In this document: positions 27,980-41,531 of the stretch, in pieces | How the letters are laid out: each line of letters starts with the position of its first letter | Numbering within the stretch: the first letter of the stretch is position 1 | Assembly: GCA_028534125.1 (NCBI GenBank) | Contig: CM052817.1 | Coordinates: forward strand, 59,150,001 to 59,214,000 | Direction: 5' to 3' | DNA: 64,000 nucleotides | From: Lama glama | Taxonomy: Eukaryota | Made by a program: the position numbers and the translations under genes | Notes under the pieces: generated by a model | Databases searched by the model: none | Seen by the model: only the letters and a program-made list of their open reading frames with translations | Told to the model about the DNA's origin: nothing

Positions 27980-28110
27980 GCAAGGTTTTTCAACCTTGAC
28001 ACTATTGACATTTTGGATTAGGTAATTCTTTGTTGTGAAGGGCTGACCTCTACTCCCTCTGCACTAATAGTGCCCCTGCCCTCACCATGAATATAAAATA
28101 TGTCCCCTGA
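27980..28110 (+). mobile_element. MER20 (hAT-Charlie) DNA element, internally deleted
   Basis: caaggtttttcaaccttgacactattgacattttggattaggtaattctttgttgtg matches the MER20 left end. Confidence 0.75.
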
Positions 28111-28191
28111 GAGGCCTTATATTTGCATCTGGTTTTCTACTGTTTCTAACAATTTCAGTACTATTTGTTGAATGAGCAAATGAGTGGAGAT

Positions 28192-28437
28192 CATACAGAA
28201 AATCTGAAATTGTGTTTGGTACTTTCTTCCTTCTGTCATTCAATCCATCACTATTTTACAGTGATTCTACCATCATTCTGCTCATTTCTCTCCATCTCCA
28301 TCCCTCTACTTCAAGACACCATCACCTTCTGGCAGGGTTACTGTACCCTCACACACACACTAGAAAAAGTTATAAAAATCTTTTTAAAATGCAAATCTAA
28401 TAATGCAGTTGGCTTCCTTATTTTCCTTAAATATTTC
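28192..28437 (+). repeat. Inverted repeat, left arm (246 bp)
   Basis: Reverse complement of 29624-29869; 8 substitutions and no indels by manual alignment. The mirrored ORFs 28212-28400(+) and 29661-29849(-) show the same duplication. Confidence 0.97.
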
Positions 28438-28930
28438 TCTACTGAAATTCAAAAAGATATTACATTTGTAATGATCTACATGACACTGAGTTATCCAACC
28501 CTACTTTATTCCTGAGACAATTTTTCCCCTTCATCTTTGAGTTTTTAGCAGCATTCGTCACCTTCAAGTTTTTTAATGGTGAAAATATCTTTCCTTCCTC
28601 AGGTCCCTCATTTTTTATCATCTGCTGGAATATTTTGCCCTTCATTTTTGCCTGACAGCTGTAACTCAGTACCCAGGTCATCCTTAAGAACATTGTCACA
28701 CTCCACGATTTTAAACAAGTTATAGTATTTTCATAATCTCAGTGTAAACACATGATAATATTCCTTTAAAGTAGTTGTCCTAATATATGCATACACACAT
28801 ATATTATACATTTGTTTAATGCCTGTCACCCATTTAGACTAAGTTTGTGGACGTAAGAACTGGTCACATTGTTCATAGCTGTTTTCTCAGCATCTAGTCT
28901 AGTCTATGATATAAAGCGTTTGATAAACAT
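28270..28930 (+). mobile_element. L2 LINE 3' fragment (overlaps the left inverted-repeat arm)
   Basis: tttctctccatctcca...ccatcacct...tttttaaaatgcaaatctaat...aatgcctgtcacccatttagact...ttgttcatagctgttttctcagcatctagt, L2 pattern. Confidence 0.65.
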
Positions 28931-29623
28931 TAAAAATAGGTGGGAAAAAAGGGATTGGGTGAAATGAGGGAGAGAAAATTTAAGAGATATGTTCTCAACT
29001 GAATTCTCCAAAATAAATAGAATTTTAATTACTGCAAAGTCAGGAAGGCATCTCTGGCATTATGAATTAGGAATAGGTACATACTTGCAAGGCCTACTTG
29101 GGAACTTATTGTTTCTTGCCAAGTTGGGGCAGTAAGTTCACAGAGAAATGGAATGAGACTATTATACATGTAACTTGTCTGCATTTGCCTGCTAATTTAA
29201 GAAGTTTATAATTTTAAATCAAATGAAGATCTATTGAAAGTTTATGAAAAGGTAAATGACATGACAAGGTATTTTAGGAAGGTTAACTGGATAATTAAAA
29301 ATTAATCAGTCCAAGGTGAAACTGTCTACAATAAGGCAACCCAAAATGCATATATTTGTTAGGGACTGAAGAAGGCATGTATCACAAACAGTCATTATGT
29401 TTAAAGTTACTAATTATCCAAAATACAAATATTTCACAGAATAGGCAAGAATAACATTTTTTAAAGCTCTGAAAAAACGTGAAACCTGAAATAAGACTCA
29501 TTGGTATTTATATGCAAAGTTAAAATATGATAAAACATGATGAAAAAATATGGGCCAAAATAAATTTTAATTACATGCTAAGAAATAATTATGATGTTGA
29601 ATTTATAACCTACATATTTCAGG

Positions 29624-29869
29624 GAAATATTTAAGGAAAATAAGGAAGCCAATGGCATTATTAGATTTGCATTTTAAAAAGATTTTTATAACTTTTTCTA
29701 GTATGTGTGTGAAGGTACAGTAACCCTGCCAGGAGGTGGTGGTGTCTTGAAGTAGAGGGATGGAGATGGAGAGAAATGAGCAGAATGATGGTAGAATCAC
29801 TGTAAAATAGTGATGGATTGAATGACAGAAAGAGGAAAGTACCAAACACAATTTCAGATTTTCTGTATG
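29624..29869 (-). repeat. Inverted repeat, right arm (246 bp)
   Basis: Reverse complement of 28192-28437, ~97% identical. Confidence 0.97.
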
Positions 29870-30329
29870 GAAGAAAGCTATTCTTTTTGCCTCAAGATGA
29901 CTTTAGTCTGAGTAATGCAGATAGACCTGCACTGAGCCAACATCCTGTTACCATGTAAGCTACTGTAGCCTATTGTAGCAGAACACAGCTTGCAAAGATC
30001 AGTGCACACATATATAATCTCCACCATCACATGGTTACCCCTTGATCTTCATTTCTCCTTCTTTAGCACAAAATACCATTCCTTGTACAACTCGAAGATT
30101 TTTTCTACTTATCCATCTTTTTTTATTCCACAGACTTAACAGACACATCCCTATCTACATATCCACAGTTCAGGGGTGCTATTAAAATATAGCATGATGG
30201 CTGGAACATATAATTAAATATTCTAATATGAATCCTTTTGACCTTGTTTTTCAAACATAAAATGTGTATCATGTATCTATGCATTAAAATGAAACTTGAT
30301 GGGCTCTAAATGGAAATGTTAAAAAACGG

Positions 30330-30455
30330 TTTGGGAAATCTGAAATTGGTTGTTAACTGCTACTAACAATTTTATAATCTTGGGCAAGTAAGTCACTTAT
30401 TAACTCTAGCCACAGTTTCCTTATAAAGTCAAGGGATTAAACTACATTAACTTTC
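30330..30455 (+). mobile_element. MIR (MIR3/MIRc-like) fragment
   Basis: ctgctactaac...atcttgggcaagtaagtcactt...cacagtttccttataaa. Confidence 0.6.
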
Positions 30456-31959
30456 AGTCTCTACTGCTTCTTGAACTATTATTATTAGATCAGAATGAAA
30501 ATATATTTTCAATGGGCAGGAGGTTACAATATTTGAAATTAATAAAACGATAAACGTGACATTAATAAAAATGAAAATAAAATAATTTTTAGATTACAGC
30601 GATTTGTATGTTTCATCTCACTCTCATTATATTTTGTGCTTCATTGATTTTTTTTCTATTTAAAAATCAATTTTATATCCTTTTATGGATGACCAACTTT
30701 AAAGCTGGTGGCCCATCTGTTTTCTCTTTGTTAGCAGACTTTTTGAGGCTACTCTGAGTTTATAAAGAAAATGATTTGCGTTGATAAAGCGGCTTCTCAA
30801 AAGAAAAGCATAGCCTTAGAATTTTTTACACTCTATCGTGTTTCTAACACCCATAAACTTATCCTAAGTAGGAAAAGATGGCTAGTTATTTGAAAAAATT
30901 TGCTATTATTAAATAAACCTCATCTCCAAGGCTCAACTCTTTACACAGTGAAAGAATGTATTTTTGAAATTCCATGCTTCTTTTAAAAATTGTTTCTAAC
31001 TTATAGGTAATGATATCCTGACCAAAAATTTCCATACCAGAATTCATTTCCTGCTGTGTCTTACTCTTTATTTATACTATATGAAAGCATTTCAGAAAAT
31101 CAGATAAAAATAACTTACTTCATCACAAATTCCAAAGCACTCTGCATACTTCATATTTCCATACATGCTTATAATATTATTTTGATATTGTAAATTCTTT
31201 CAAGGACTTTTAAATAGTATTATGTCACCAAACCACCAAGTATAAAAAGGAAGTTTGTTATTTATCCTATTTCTTGTCCTGAACATGTCCCCTGAATTTT
31301 CTTAAATAATATTCAGTCTGCCTTAAATTGTTCATGTGTCTGTTGGAAAACATAACCAAAGCGAATATAAAATGGCTAGTAACCTAAAAATCACATTTGA
31401 AGTACATCTTGAATATGTATTTTTAAATCTGGGTATATATAACTAAACTAAAATATTTAAATTTAAACAATGAAAAAATATTGCAAAAAATGAACCAGTG
31501 AATCCATAAAGACACTTCAAGTGATCCAGTAACCTTGGGCCAATGGTTATTTCACTCTATAAATACTTTGGTGCTTATACAGGCCAGGGCCAGGGACGGG
31601 AGCAGGAGTGAGGTATACTATTTGTCTACATTCTGTTTCCCTTTTTCAACATCATTCTTATCTACCTACATATTATTTATAACTTCTAGATACCTCCCCT
31701 TCCCATGATTTCTTTCAAGCCCCTTTTTTCAGGGATAATCTGATTCAGACAAAGGTTTAAATGACTAATAACTCACAGTGTTATACTTCAAGTTATCTAA
31801 AAGCAAGTTCTGCATGAAGCTTGGGTATATGTTATATAATAAACTAAATTCAGAATTAATAAGCAAAGAATGTCTCATAAACGTAAAGGGATTGACACAA
31901 AGGTGAGATTTTAGTATCAACAAACTGTTCAGGAATGGTACTTACTTTTTTGACAGATG

Positions 31960-32150
31960 AAGAGAAATCACAGAATACATGACTTGGAATTCAAAGACCT
32001 TATTTTACTAACTGAGTCCTCTTCAGTAAAGCTAATTATTATTAACAGCCTCAGTTTTCTATTTGTAAAATGGAATTGAGTTACTTGAAAATAATTTTAA
32101 TGTACATTTACAAGGATAAATTATATTTTATGTGAAAGCCACCTATAATA
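31960..32150 (+). mobile_element. MIR SINE fragment
   Basis: gacttggaattcaaagacct...gcctcagttttctatttgtaaaatggaat. Confidence 0.6.
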
Positions 32151-32934
32151 AAGTATATGACAGATGAGATGTATATTTGTAGTATCCCCTAAATTGTACC
32201 ATATATTTAATTACATCTTGCCCTTACACAATGAGTCAAACTTACTCCTAAAAATAACTTGCCTTCCGTTATACTGATATAAAACAAGTGAGCAGTGTAA
32301 AATTGCTGTATTTTTATTTTACTCCCTTTCTCATGTTATCTTATAGGTTAGGTAAATTATGTCTTACTTTTAGAAGTCTCCCAGCAGAAAACAAGAGGCA
32401 TAAACAATAGGCTAGATTAAAAATCTATTGTTGGAAACAAGAAATACTTCCAACTTGTAAATCTGCAGCAATTGGCTATAAAGCCTTTGAATTATTCATG
32501 CAAAAGACATTATGTAAATAAAAGGATTTTTTGTGAATTTTTTTGGATACTACTTTCATTCAAGAAACACTGCACCATTATGTGCTGATATTGGGCATCT
32601 GGCTGTCCAGACAAGAGACTCATTTTTCATGTTGTTGTTGTAGTAAACCACAACAATTGTCCATTATTGTGCATTCCTGTGCAAACTCATAAAAATTATT
32701 ACCTACCCATTTCCTTTAGACTTACAAACTTAGCTTAAACTCTCACCGTTTGTATTTAGAAATCACACTTTTCTGGAATATCAGTTGTGCAGAATTATAC
32801 TTTCTTAGGTTTCTCTTGAATTGAGTCCTTAGTCATATACCCTTATTGCTATTATAAGCAGTGATTGCCTGCAATTCTGATTTTTATCAAATTTTAACTA
32901 AAGAGAATTAGAATTATCCTGAGTGGGTTACAAA

Positions 32935-32940
<6 letters not shown>

Positions 32941-32966
<26 letters not shown>
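32941..32966. repeat. (AC)13 microsatellite
   Basis: Read directly. Confidence 0.95.
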
Positions 32967-32967
<1 letters not shown>

Positions 32968-34166
32968 GATACATATTAGTTTTAAAGATAACTTATTATT
33001 GCTCCTCGGAATTTCATTCTTTTCGGAGTTCTTTTTCTCTAGTTATACAGAACAGTCAACCTTAAGTCTAGGGGCTTGTGGGAAACTGTTGCGAGCTTTC
33101 ACTTTTTCTCATGAGGAGAGAGAGATGCCTTGGCCTTTCTCTCTTGGGAACTCGGCCTTTAGCTGACCTTGTTCACATTCACCTTGCTTATCTTGTGCAT
33201 GTCCTCTATCCCTGGTAGAATCCTAAATGCCTACCAGAAGGATTTACTGCCCCTAAAGAATTCAGGAGTGAGGTTGAGCCAGAAGAAATAATTTAACTCC
33301 AGACAATTTCCTCTTGGTAATTTGTGCAATCTGAAAAAATATAGGTCTTGTCTGCCAGAACCTTGGAATGTTTCTTTTTGGTTATTACTTCAACTTATTA
33401 CAAGGCTTCCTGCTTACAAAGCAGTAACGACTTCTGTATACAATCCTTCTGTGGGAGAGTATTTCTAGACCTGTAACAAAACTCTTCCTTATCACTGAAA
33501 ACAGATTCCAAATCTAAGGATACCAACAGCTGCAGTAATGTGCTAACTCTTGTGCAGAAAAATGTCCTGGTATTTATAACTGCTTTAGAAATCCTTTTCC
33601 TCAGTGATGACAGGAAAAGGACAGGTTTTTTAAATAAATTGTGTTTGAATTTCTACTGACACTTCAGTGGTGATTATTCAGAAAAAGGTCTACTGAAGGT
33701 CTACTGATTTACTTCACACCAATATATTATGTAGTGAGAAATCAAAAAAGGCATTTGCTTTTTAAACAGTTTATGACAGTCTATTAACTCCATGTGGATG
33801 AAAAGTTATTTTTAAAACAAGAAGCCTTTGAATTGTATGCCCCATACTGTATGGTTTTTTATTGCTGTTACTGAGCAATATTTATGTTTATAAATGCTGC
33901 CAATGTTTATTAGTACTTTGAATTGGGTTAGGAAATGAGCTAATATTTTAAAAATTAATTGTAAGGGCCCAGAAGAATGCCTGGCATATAATAAGTATTA
34001 TATGTGTTTATAAAATAAAATAGAAGTTATAAAAGCTTAATATCACCTTCTAGTGGCTATAAATGATCTTTTTAAAAGGATAGCAGTTTATTTGTATGAT
34101 TATTTTTAGAGGTACTGCATTGGTCACTTTTATCTGTATGATTTAAAGAAGCATTTTGGTTTATGC

Positions 34167-34373
34167 CAGTAATTCTCAACTGGGGGCAACTTTGCACTCC
34201 AGGAGACATTTTTGGTTGTGATAACTGGGTGCAGGTACTACTGGCATTTATAGGGAGAAGCAAAGAATACTGGTAAAAATCCTGCAATTCACTGGGCAGT
34301 CCCCTAAAACAAATCTAAATCTAAATATAAATAGTCCCAAATGTAAATAGTTCTGAGGTTGAGAAAACCCCTG
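34167..34373 (-). mobile_element. MER20 (hAT-Charlie) DNA element, near full length
   Basis: Termini cagtaattctcaac... and ...gttgagaaaacccctg; internal ggagacatttttggttgtgataactggg. Confidence 0.85.
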
Positions 34374-34379
34374 CCTTAG

Positions 34380-34590
34380 AGCTTGAGTTCTGAAATCTAA
34401 ATATTTGAGCTCCAATCCACATTATGCTATTCACTGAGCCCTGGGGTCCTGGTAAGCACTTAAATGTAAGAGTTTCAGTCTCTTCATCGTTAAATTTGCT
34501 ATGATAAAATCCTCTAATAAGGATTGAACATAATAATACAGAGAAATATCTTGGCACATTGTAAGTAGTCACTAAATCTTTGCTACTAAT
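34380..34590 (+). mobile_element. MIR SINE
   Basis: ggtaagcacttaaatg...tttcagtctcttcatcgttaaa...ttggcacattgtaagtagtcactaaat. Confidence 0.6.
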
Positions 34591-35455
34591 ATAAATAAAA
34601 TCTTGATAAAGTGATTTATCTGCTTCCTAGTCGTTTTTTCCCTAAAATTATACAACATACACTCTCTTGAGCTTAGTATATTCAAGACTTCTTTCCCACC
34701 CTAGATGTTTTCACCATCAGGCATCAGATAGACAACAAGGTCTTGAAAGCACTCATCATCATCTTACTCCATTTTTGTTGTTGTTGTAATTAATCCTGTA
34801 GTATTTTGCCCAAGATTCAGGCCTTGCTTGGAATTTAATAAAGGCAAATAAAGCTTTCTAAAGACTATAAATCCTACTGTTGTCTTTTCCTTGGCATAAC
34901 TTTAAATCACTTGATACAACTCAATTCTCTGATAGGCTCAGGGTTAAGTCAACTGTGGACGTCATTAAAACTAAAATAGAAACTAATTTGATGGAGTTTT
35001 ACAAAAAAAGATCTTGATATCTCCTTCAGTAGTAGATTCCATAGATAGTATAGCATTTGTTTGGAACAGTATAGAACCCATCCTATGAAAGTAGGACAAT
35101 AGAGTTTCCTTTAAAGTGTGTGCTTCAACAGAAAGAGGACTATGTACAGAATAATTCCTTTTCATTCTTCTCTAAAATATGTCATAATTCTAACTTAGCC
35201 TGTATTTAAGAGGATTTATAAAGATTATTAAAAAAAGAATATTAAAGTGACCCTTATGTTGGTCTCCAGGGCTAACTGGATAGAAAGAAAATAATAGTTA
35301 AGATCAAGGTTAGGTTGAAGACACAATAGGAAAACTAAATATACTCCATTAAAGATGTTTAAAAAGTATTCTGGTTTGTATTTTAGAAGAAAATTTGCTC
35401 ACATTGAGGATAAGAAAGGATTTATAGGCACAATTTATAAAGTGATACAATCTAT

Positions 35456-37566
35456 TTCTAGTCAACACAGTACTGGAAGTCCTGGCCATCAGACAAGAAA
35501 AAGAAATAAAAGGGATTTAAATTGGAAGGGAAGTGGTAAAATTGTCACTATATGCAGATGATATGATACTATATATATATATAAAACCCTAAAGACTCCA
35601 TTAAAAAAACTACTAGAGCTGATAAATGAATTAATCAAGGCAGTGTGATACAAGATTAATATACAGAAATCTGTTGCATTTCTTTACACCAACAATGAAA
35701 TATTAGGATAGTAGAAAAACAAATCCTTTTAAAATTGCATCAAAAAATAAAATACTTTGGAATAAACCTGACCAAGGAAATGAAAGAACTATTTTTAAAA
35801 AAAAGGAAATTAAAGATTATTTAAAGAAATGGAACAATATCGCATGCTCTTGGATTGGAAAAATTAATATTGTTGAAATGGTCATACTACCCAAAGCAAT
35901 CTACAGATTTCATGCAATCCGTCTCAAACTACCCAGGGCATTTTTCACAGAACTAGAACAAATGACCCTAAAATTTGTATGGAATCACAAAAGACCCAAA
36001 ACTGTCAAAGCCATACCAAGAAAAAGAACAAAGCTGGAGTCATAACCCTCTCAGACTTCAGATAATACTACAAAGTTATAATCAAAACAGTGTGATCTTG
36101 GCACAAACACAGATGTATATGGGTCAATGGAACAGAATAGAGAGCCCAGAAATAAACCTATACACGTATGATCAGTTAGTCCTTTACAAAGGAGGCGAGA
36201 ATATACAATGGAGAAAAGACAGTCTCTTCGGCAAGTGGTGTTGAGAAAGCTGGATGACTGCATGTAAATCAGTGATGTTAGAACATTCCCTCACACCATA
36301 TGTGAAAATAAACTAAAAAAAAATGGCTTGAAGACATAAACATAAGACAGAACACCATAAATCTCCTAGAAGAAAATATAGGCAAAACATTCTGTGACAT
36401 AAATCCTAGCAATGTTGTCCCAGGTTTGTCTATCAAGGCAATAGAAATAAAAAGAAAAATAAACAAGTGGGACCTAATTAAATTTATAAGCTTTTGCATA
36501 GCAATCAACACCATAAACAAAACCTAAAGACAGCCTACAAAATGAGAGAAAATATTTGCAAATGATGCAACTGATGAGGGCCTAATTTCCAGAATATATA
36601 TATATATATATATATGGCTCATACAACTCAATAACAAAAAAAAAACAACCCAATCAAAAACCAGGCAGAAGGCCTAAACAGACATTTCACCAATGAAGAC
36701 ATACAGATGGTCAAGAGGCACATGAAAAGATGCTCAGTATCGCTAATTACCAGAGAAATGCAAATCAAAACTACTATGAGGTATCACTTCACACTGGTCA
36801 GAATGGCCATTATTAAAAAATTCACAAATGACAAACACTGGAGAGGGTGTGGCGAAAAAGGAATCCTCATACACTGTTGTTAGGAATGTAGTTTGGTGCA
36901 ACCATTATGGAGAACAGTATGTGGATTCCTCAGAAAACTAAAGATAGACTTACCCTATCATCTAGCAATCCCACTTCTAGGCAAATATCCAGAGAAAACT
37001 TCAATTTGAAAAAATACATGCACCCCAATATTCATAACAGCATTATTTACAAGAGCCAAGACATGAAATCAACATAAATGCCCATCAACACATGATTGGA
37101 TAAAGAAGATGTGATGTATGCATACGATGGAAGATGATTCAGCTATAAAAAAGAATTAAATAATGCCATTTACAGCATCATGGATGGACCTAAAGATTAT
37201 CATACTAAGTGAAGTCAGAAAGTAAATGACAAATACATGATATCACTAACATATAAAATCTAAAAAAGAATGATACAAATGAACTTACTTACAAAACAGA
37301 CTCACAGACATAGAAAACAAACTTACTGTTATCAGTGGAAAATGGAAGGGGGCAGAAAAGTTAGGAATTTGGGACTTGCAGATACTACTACATATAAAAT
37401 AGATAAATGACAAGGTCCTACTGTTTAGCACAGGGATCTATATTCAATATCTTATAATAACCTATAATGATAAAGATTGTGAAAAAGAATATACATATAT
37501 ATGTATAGCTGAATCACTATGCTGTACACCAGAAACTAACAAAACATTATAAATCAACTATACTTA
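35456..37566 (+). mobile_element. 5'-truncated cetartiodactyl/camelid-type LINE-1 (~2.1 kb; RT end to 3' terminus) with 17-bp TSD
   Basis: RT motif ctatatgcagatgatatg (LYADDM), [12 protein letters not shown], and a complete 3' UTR. TSD aaagtgatacaatctat (35439-35455) vs aaagtgataaaatctat (37567-37583), 16/17. Frame disrupted. Confidence 0.95.
36594..36615. repeat. (AT)11 microsatellite inside L1
   Basis: Read directly. Confidence 0.9.
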
Positions 37567-40544
37567 AAAGTGATAAAATCTATGTTATATTATCATTAAA
37601 CAACAAAGCAGTTTAATGCAATTATTTATACAAATAATTATACAGTAAAGAAAATGGAAATTATTACATTTGAGACTTACAGATTTTAATATTTTACTCA
37701 GCAAGTTATATTTGTACATGCCTTTATTCAAAGTGCTTTTCATATATATAATTATATTTTACAGTACACAGATGACTTCTTGATATCACAGTATTAAAAG
37801 TTTCTATTATCCTGCCTTTAGATTTATGAACTTATTTTAATAATTAAATTAATATAGTTTGTTCTGTCATTGATTGTACTACCTCAGCTCATGCCATCAT
37901 CATTTATTTTCTGCACTAATGAAGTGACCTATACAATTAATATTCAGGTTACAAAGCCAGTGTCAAATGGGTCTCGTGTGCTGATGCTATATTTTAAGTA
38001 GTATAGGGCTTCTACTACTACTACAGCACCACAATTTTTTTTATAAATTAGAGAAGATTATGGATCCCGAATGTTAGCATAAATGGAAGAAAAAAAGAGT
38101 TAAGGATATTTTAATTGGAGTATTTTCATAACCCTGGTTTTGGCCAAAGAAATATGTCTTTATATGTCATGTTGACAAATGAGGACAAAAGAGATTAAGA
38201 AGTACTGCTCTACAATAAGCTTTAAACTCATTTTCTACAGTCTTGACAAAATGTACCAAAGGAGATTTTTTTCTGTTGCTTTTATATCTAATACTTTAGG
38301 TATATCAATCTAAATAGATCAAAGTAATCAACTCATCAGTGAGAGAAAAATATCAAGAGAAAGAACATTCCATATTAGATAAGCTGTATCAGTAAGGGAA
38401 AAAATACAGTAGTCGATTCTTCTTTGGACTGTATAAATATTAAGGAGTTACTGGTAAGTGCTAGGCACGATTAGGAGCAGTGGACTCAGCATTAAGCAAG
38501 GCAGGCAATGCCCCCTACCCTTATGAAATTTTATTTTAGTTGGCTTGGGTATAGGAATGGGTAAAGGTCAGTGTCTGCTGTTGAACATAAAACATACAGT
38601 ATTCTGCATTGTGTATGTTGCTTACTAGATCTAGAGGCTCATTAGTGGGAAGCCATAAACTTATTCAGGAGGCATGTTTCTCGTTGTGAATTACCCAAGA
38701 TACTACTTAGCTTCTCCTGCTACAAGAACTCTGACTAGTGATAATGCTGGCTTACTTTAACAAAATTTTATGTATATCTCTTAGTTGAAATCAAATTATA
38801 ATGTTAATATTTTCAGTAATCTTTTTGATTTGGTAAATACTATTTAACATTAGCCATTCTTCTAACGTAATGCCTTTTTTTTTGTTAGCTATTGGGAATT
38901 GTTTCAAGTATTTCTATTCCTTTGGGAACAATTCTAGTTGTAAAACAATACTGTTTTTGGTTAAGTGAAAAGCATTTGTGGAAAAATACGTTTTAAAATC
39001 AAATAAAATAATCAAGTTTTAATCTATGTGAGAAACTACAAAGTTGTTGCCTGATATTTTTAGCAATTACCAATATAATTCACATACAAAAAAACTTCAA
39101 AAGTAAATTATGAGATTCATTCATCAATGATTCAAACATTGCTCTCCTCCTCATAAATTCTATCATCATATCATCCTGCCTTAATGAAAACTGGGCTGTG
39201 CACACTGGCATGATTATTGTATTTCTATTTTGCATCAGTTATGAGATAATTTTTAAATGTAATAAAACCCCTAAAATCAGGATAAATCTTACAGTCACTA
39301 CTCTCAAACAGGTTGCAGTTGCAGTGGCGTTTACATTGCTTTAAGTGTGTGGATTTTATCATACCTTCATATTGTCCTTTCTTCAATTGAGTTATATGCA
39401 GTGTTGGTACTACGTTGTGCTGAGTTACCAATAATATTTTCAAAAAGGTTTTACTATAATTTTGTATTATAGCAAAGTTATTTTGTATATGAAAAGCCAA
39501 GGAAAGAAACAGGGTATTAACTTCAATTATTAGTGAAAAAAATTTTTGTAATTGCATTGCCTTCAATTTCATACTTTTTGCTAAAGTAAAAATCAAATGC
39601 TTTATGACATCTAAGTAAGAAATATACTCACATATAAATGAAGTTGTATCACTGAAACAAATGCAAAATGACTGTCTATCAAACCTAAGAAAGGAAACTG
39701 AAAACAGAAGAAATTGGAACGAGAGGCTAGTGACTGATGAATGAGTACACCATAAACAAGGAAAAACAAATGTGCATTTTGTTTATTTTTAATTAGCATC
39801 ATAAGTTTTGTTTTTCTTTCTTAGTGGTACATAAAATAATAATGTATTGTAAAATCAGTCATCTTGGATTCAATGAAATGCAGACTATATACTCTATCAA
39901 AGAAATGAGAGGGGAAAAAATTACAGGGAAAAAAAGAATCTTCACATTTGACTTATTAATCACTAAATTTGCCATCCATCTATCCTCTTCAAGTTACTCT
40001 AAGGATAGGCAATAACATAGCTGTTTGACAACTAAACTGTCTAAAAACTAACATAATTATATTAGTTTGTGGGAATTTAATTCCAGTTTTAAGAAAGATG
40101 TGGCTAGGCATGTGTCTGAAAGTTCCCTTTGAGGATGTGATCCTAAGAGCTTCAGAAGGAATTAACATCAATTAGCAGCGTGATGAAAAACTACTTCTCT
40201 CTGGGCCGTGGCCACCAAATGCACATGTATAAATATGCCAAAATATACTTTTATGTTTTGAATCAAGGGGATCATTCCTGTGTTCGTCTACATGGAAAAA
40301 AAAACTGTATTTAAATGCAGACTTTTAGAACTGGAAGAGGATTGAGTAAATATTAGTTTCTTTAAGATTTAATTTTTATTTTCTGTTTTGTCATCTCTTT
40401 CAGTAGGCTCAGAAACAAAGCCCAGAAAAATTAGTCATCAGAGATAACACAGTTTGATAGCAATATGTCAAGATTAAAGTCTTTGGCCCAACGTTCAATG
40501 TTCTTTTCATTGTGCCAAACTGTCCCATAACATTAAATACAAAA

Positions 40545-40972
40545 ATAGGATAATGGGTGTAGTGGGAGCTATTGTGTGCTCCCGAGTTCTCTTTCCCTCT
40601 GCCCCAAACACACAGACATACGCACACATTTTCACAACTGAAGTCTTCATTTTTACAATTGGTGAAAAAGTTGGCAGGTGGTTAGAGACCGCCAATGTCC
40701 AGTCACTTGCTATTCCAAAAATATAAGGCTCCAAATTACTTGCCTAAATTGGGGACAACTCTGAAGTATCATCCGAGCTTCAGATATCCCTGTGTGATCA
40801 TCTGAGATAGTTTAATCTCACAGAATTTAACCTCTCCCTCTGCTAGACCATCTTGCTTTCTTTATCCTTCCCCAGGCATTGGCTTGAGAATACTCTCCAA
40901 AAAAGTTTTTGTTACTTCTCAAATTATTTAAATATTTGTCTCTAAGTCTATTCTGGGGAACCAAATTATGAC
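40545..40972 (+). mobile_element. ERVL LTR16-like solo LTR fragment
   Basis: ggggacaactctgaagtatcatcc...gagaatactctccaaaaaa...gtctctaagtctattctggggaaccaaattatgaca resembles the LTR16 3' end. Confidence 0.7.
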
Positions 40973-41139
40973 AATAAATGTAAAATTACTCAAATATTCT
41001 GGAGTAAATTACTTTGCTTTTTTAAATGAAGACTGAAGTACACAAAGTGGTTTAACTTCTAAAGGATGAAATGAGCATCTATCAAAGTAATTTCTAGCTT
41101 TATTGGTCACTTTCTTTTGTTACTGTAATTATTATTGTT

Positions 41140-41400
41140 GCTATCATCAAGGTAACTAGTCTTCAGGTATAATATTAGATATTTCATACACAGTAATTCA
41201 TTGAATGTTAACAATAATCCTGTATGTAGATACAGATGTGAATGCAAATCTTCATTTCACAAATGAGGAAATTGGAGATTTAAGAAGGGTAAGTGACTTG
41301 CCATGGTCACTTGCTAGAAATTGTCTGATTCTGGTTGATTCTCACATTAGACCTGAAGCTGCTTCAAGTCAGTTCTCTTATGAACAGCATTGTCTCCCAT
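41140..41400 (-). mobile_element. MIR SINE
   Basis: cttcatttcacaaatgaggaaattggagatttaagaagggtaagtgacttgccatggtcac. Confidence 0.75.
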
Positions 41401-41531
41401 CATGTAATACAGTAACGTGGTCTCAATAAAACCCAATGAATATTTATCAAATTAATAAATGAATCCTTATATGTCTGACTCCAAATTCATGGCATTAGCC
41501 CTAGGCTTAATGGTGAACATCACAAAGAACT

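Noticed and set aside
28165..29851. Pair of paralogous small proteins (ORFs 28165-28515 + and 29603-29851 -)
   Set aside because: They are a by-product of the inverted repeat in L2-derived DNA, with non-ATG starts and no coding signature.
28192..29869. DNA transposon with long TIRs
   Set aside because: The outer flanks (gtggagat / gaagaaag) show no TSD, the arms are L2-like, and the spacer has no transposase remnant.
39225..39596. 123-aa minus-strand ORF
   Set aside because: Non-ATG start, AT-rich composition and no recognisable family.
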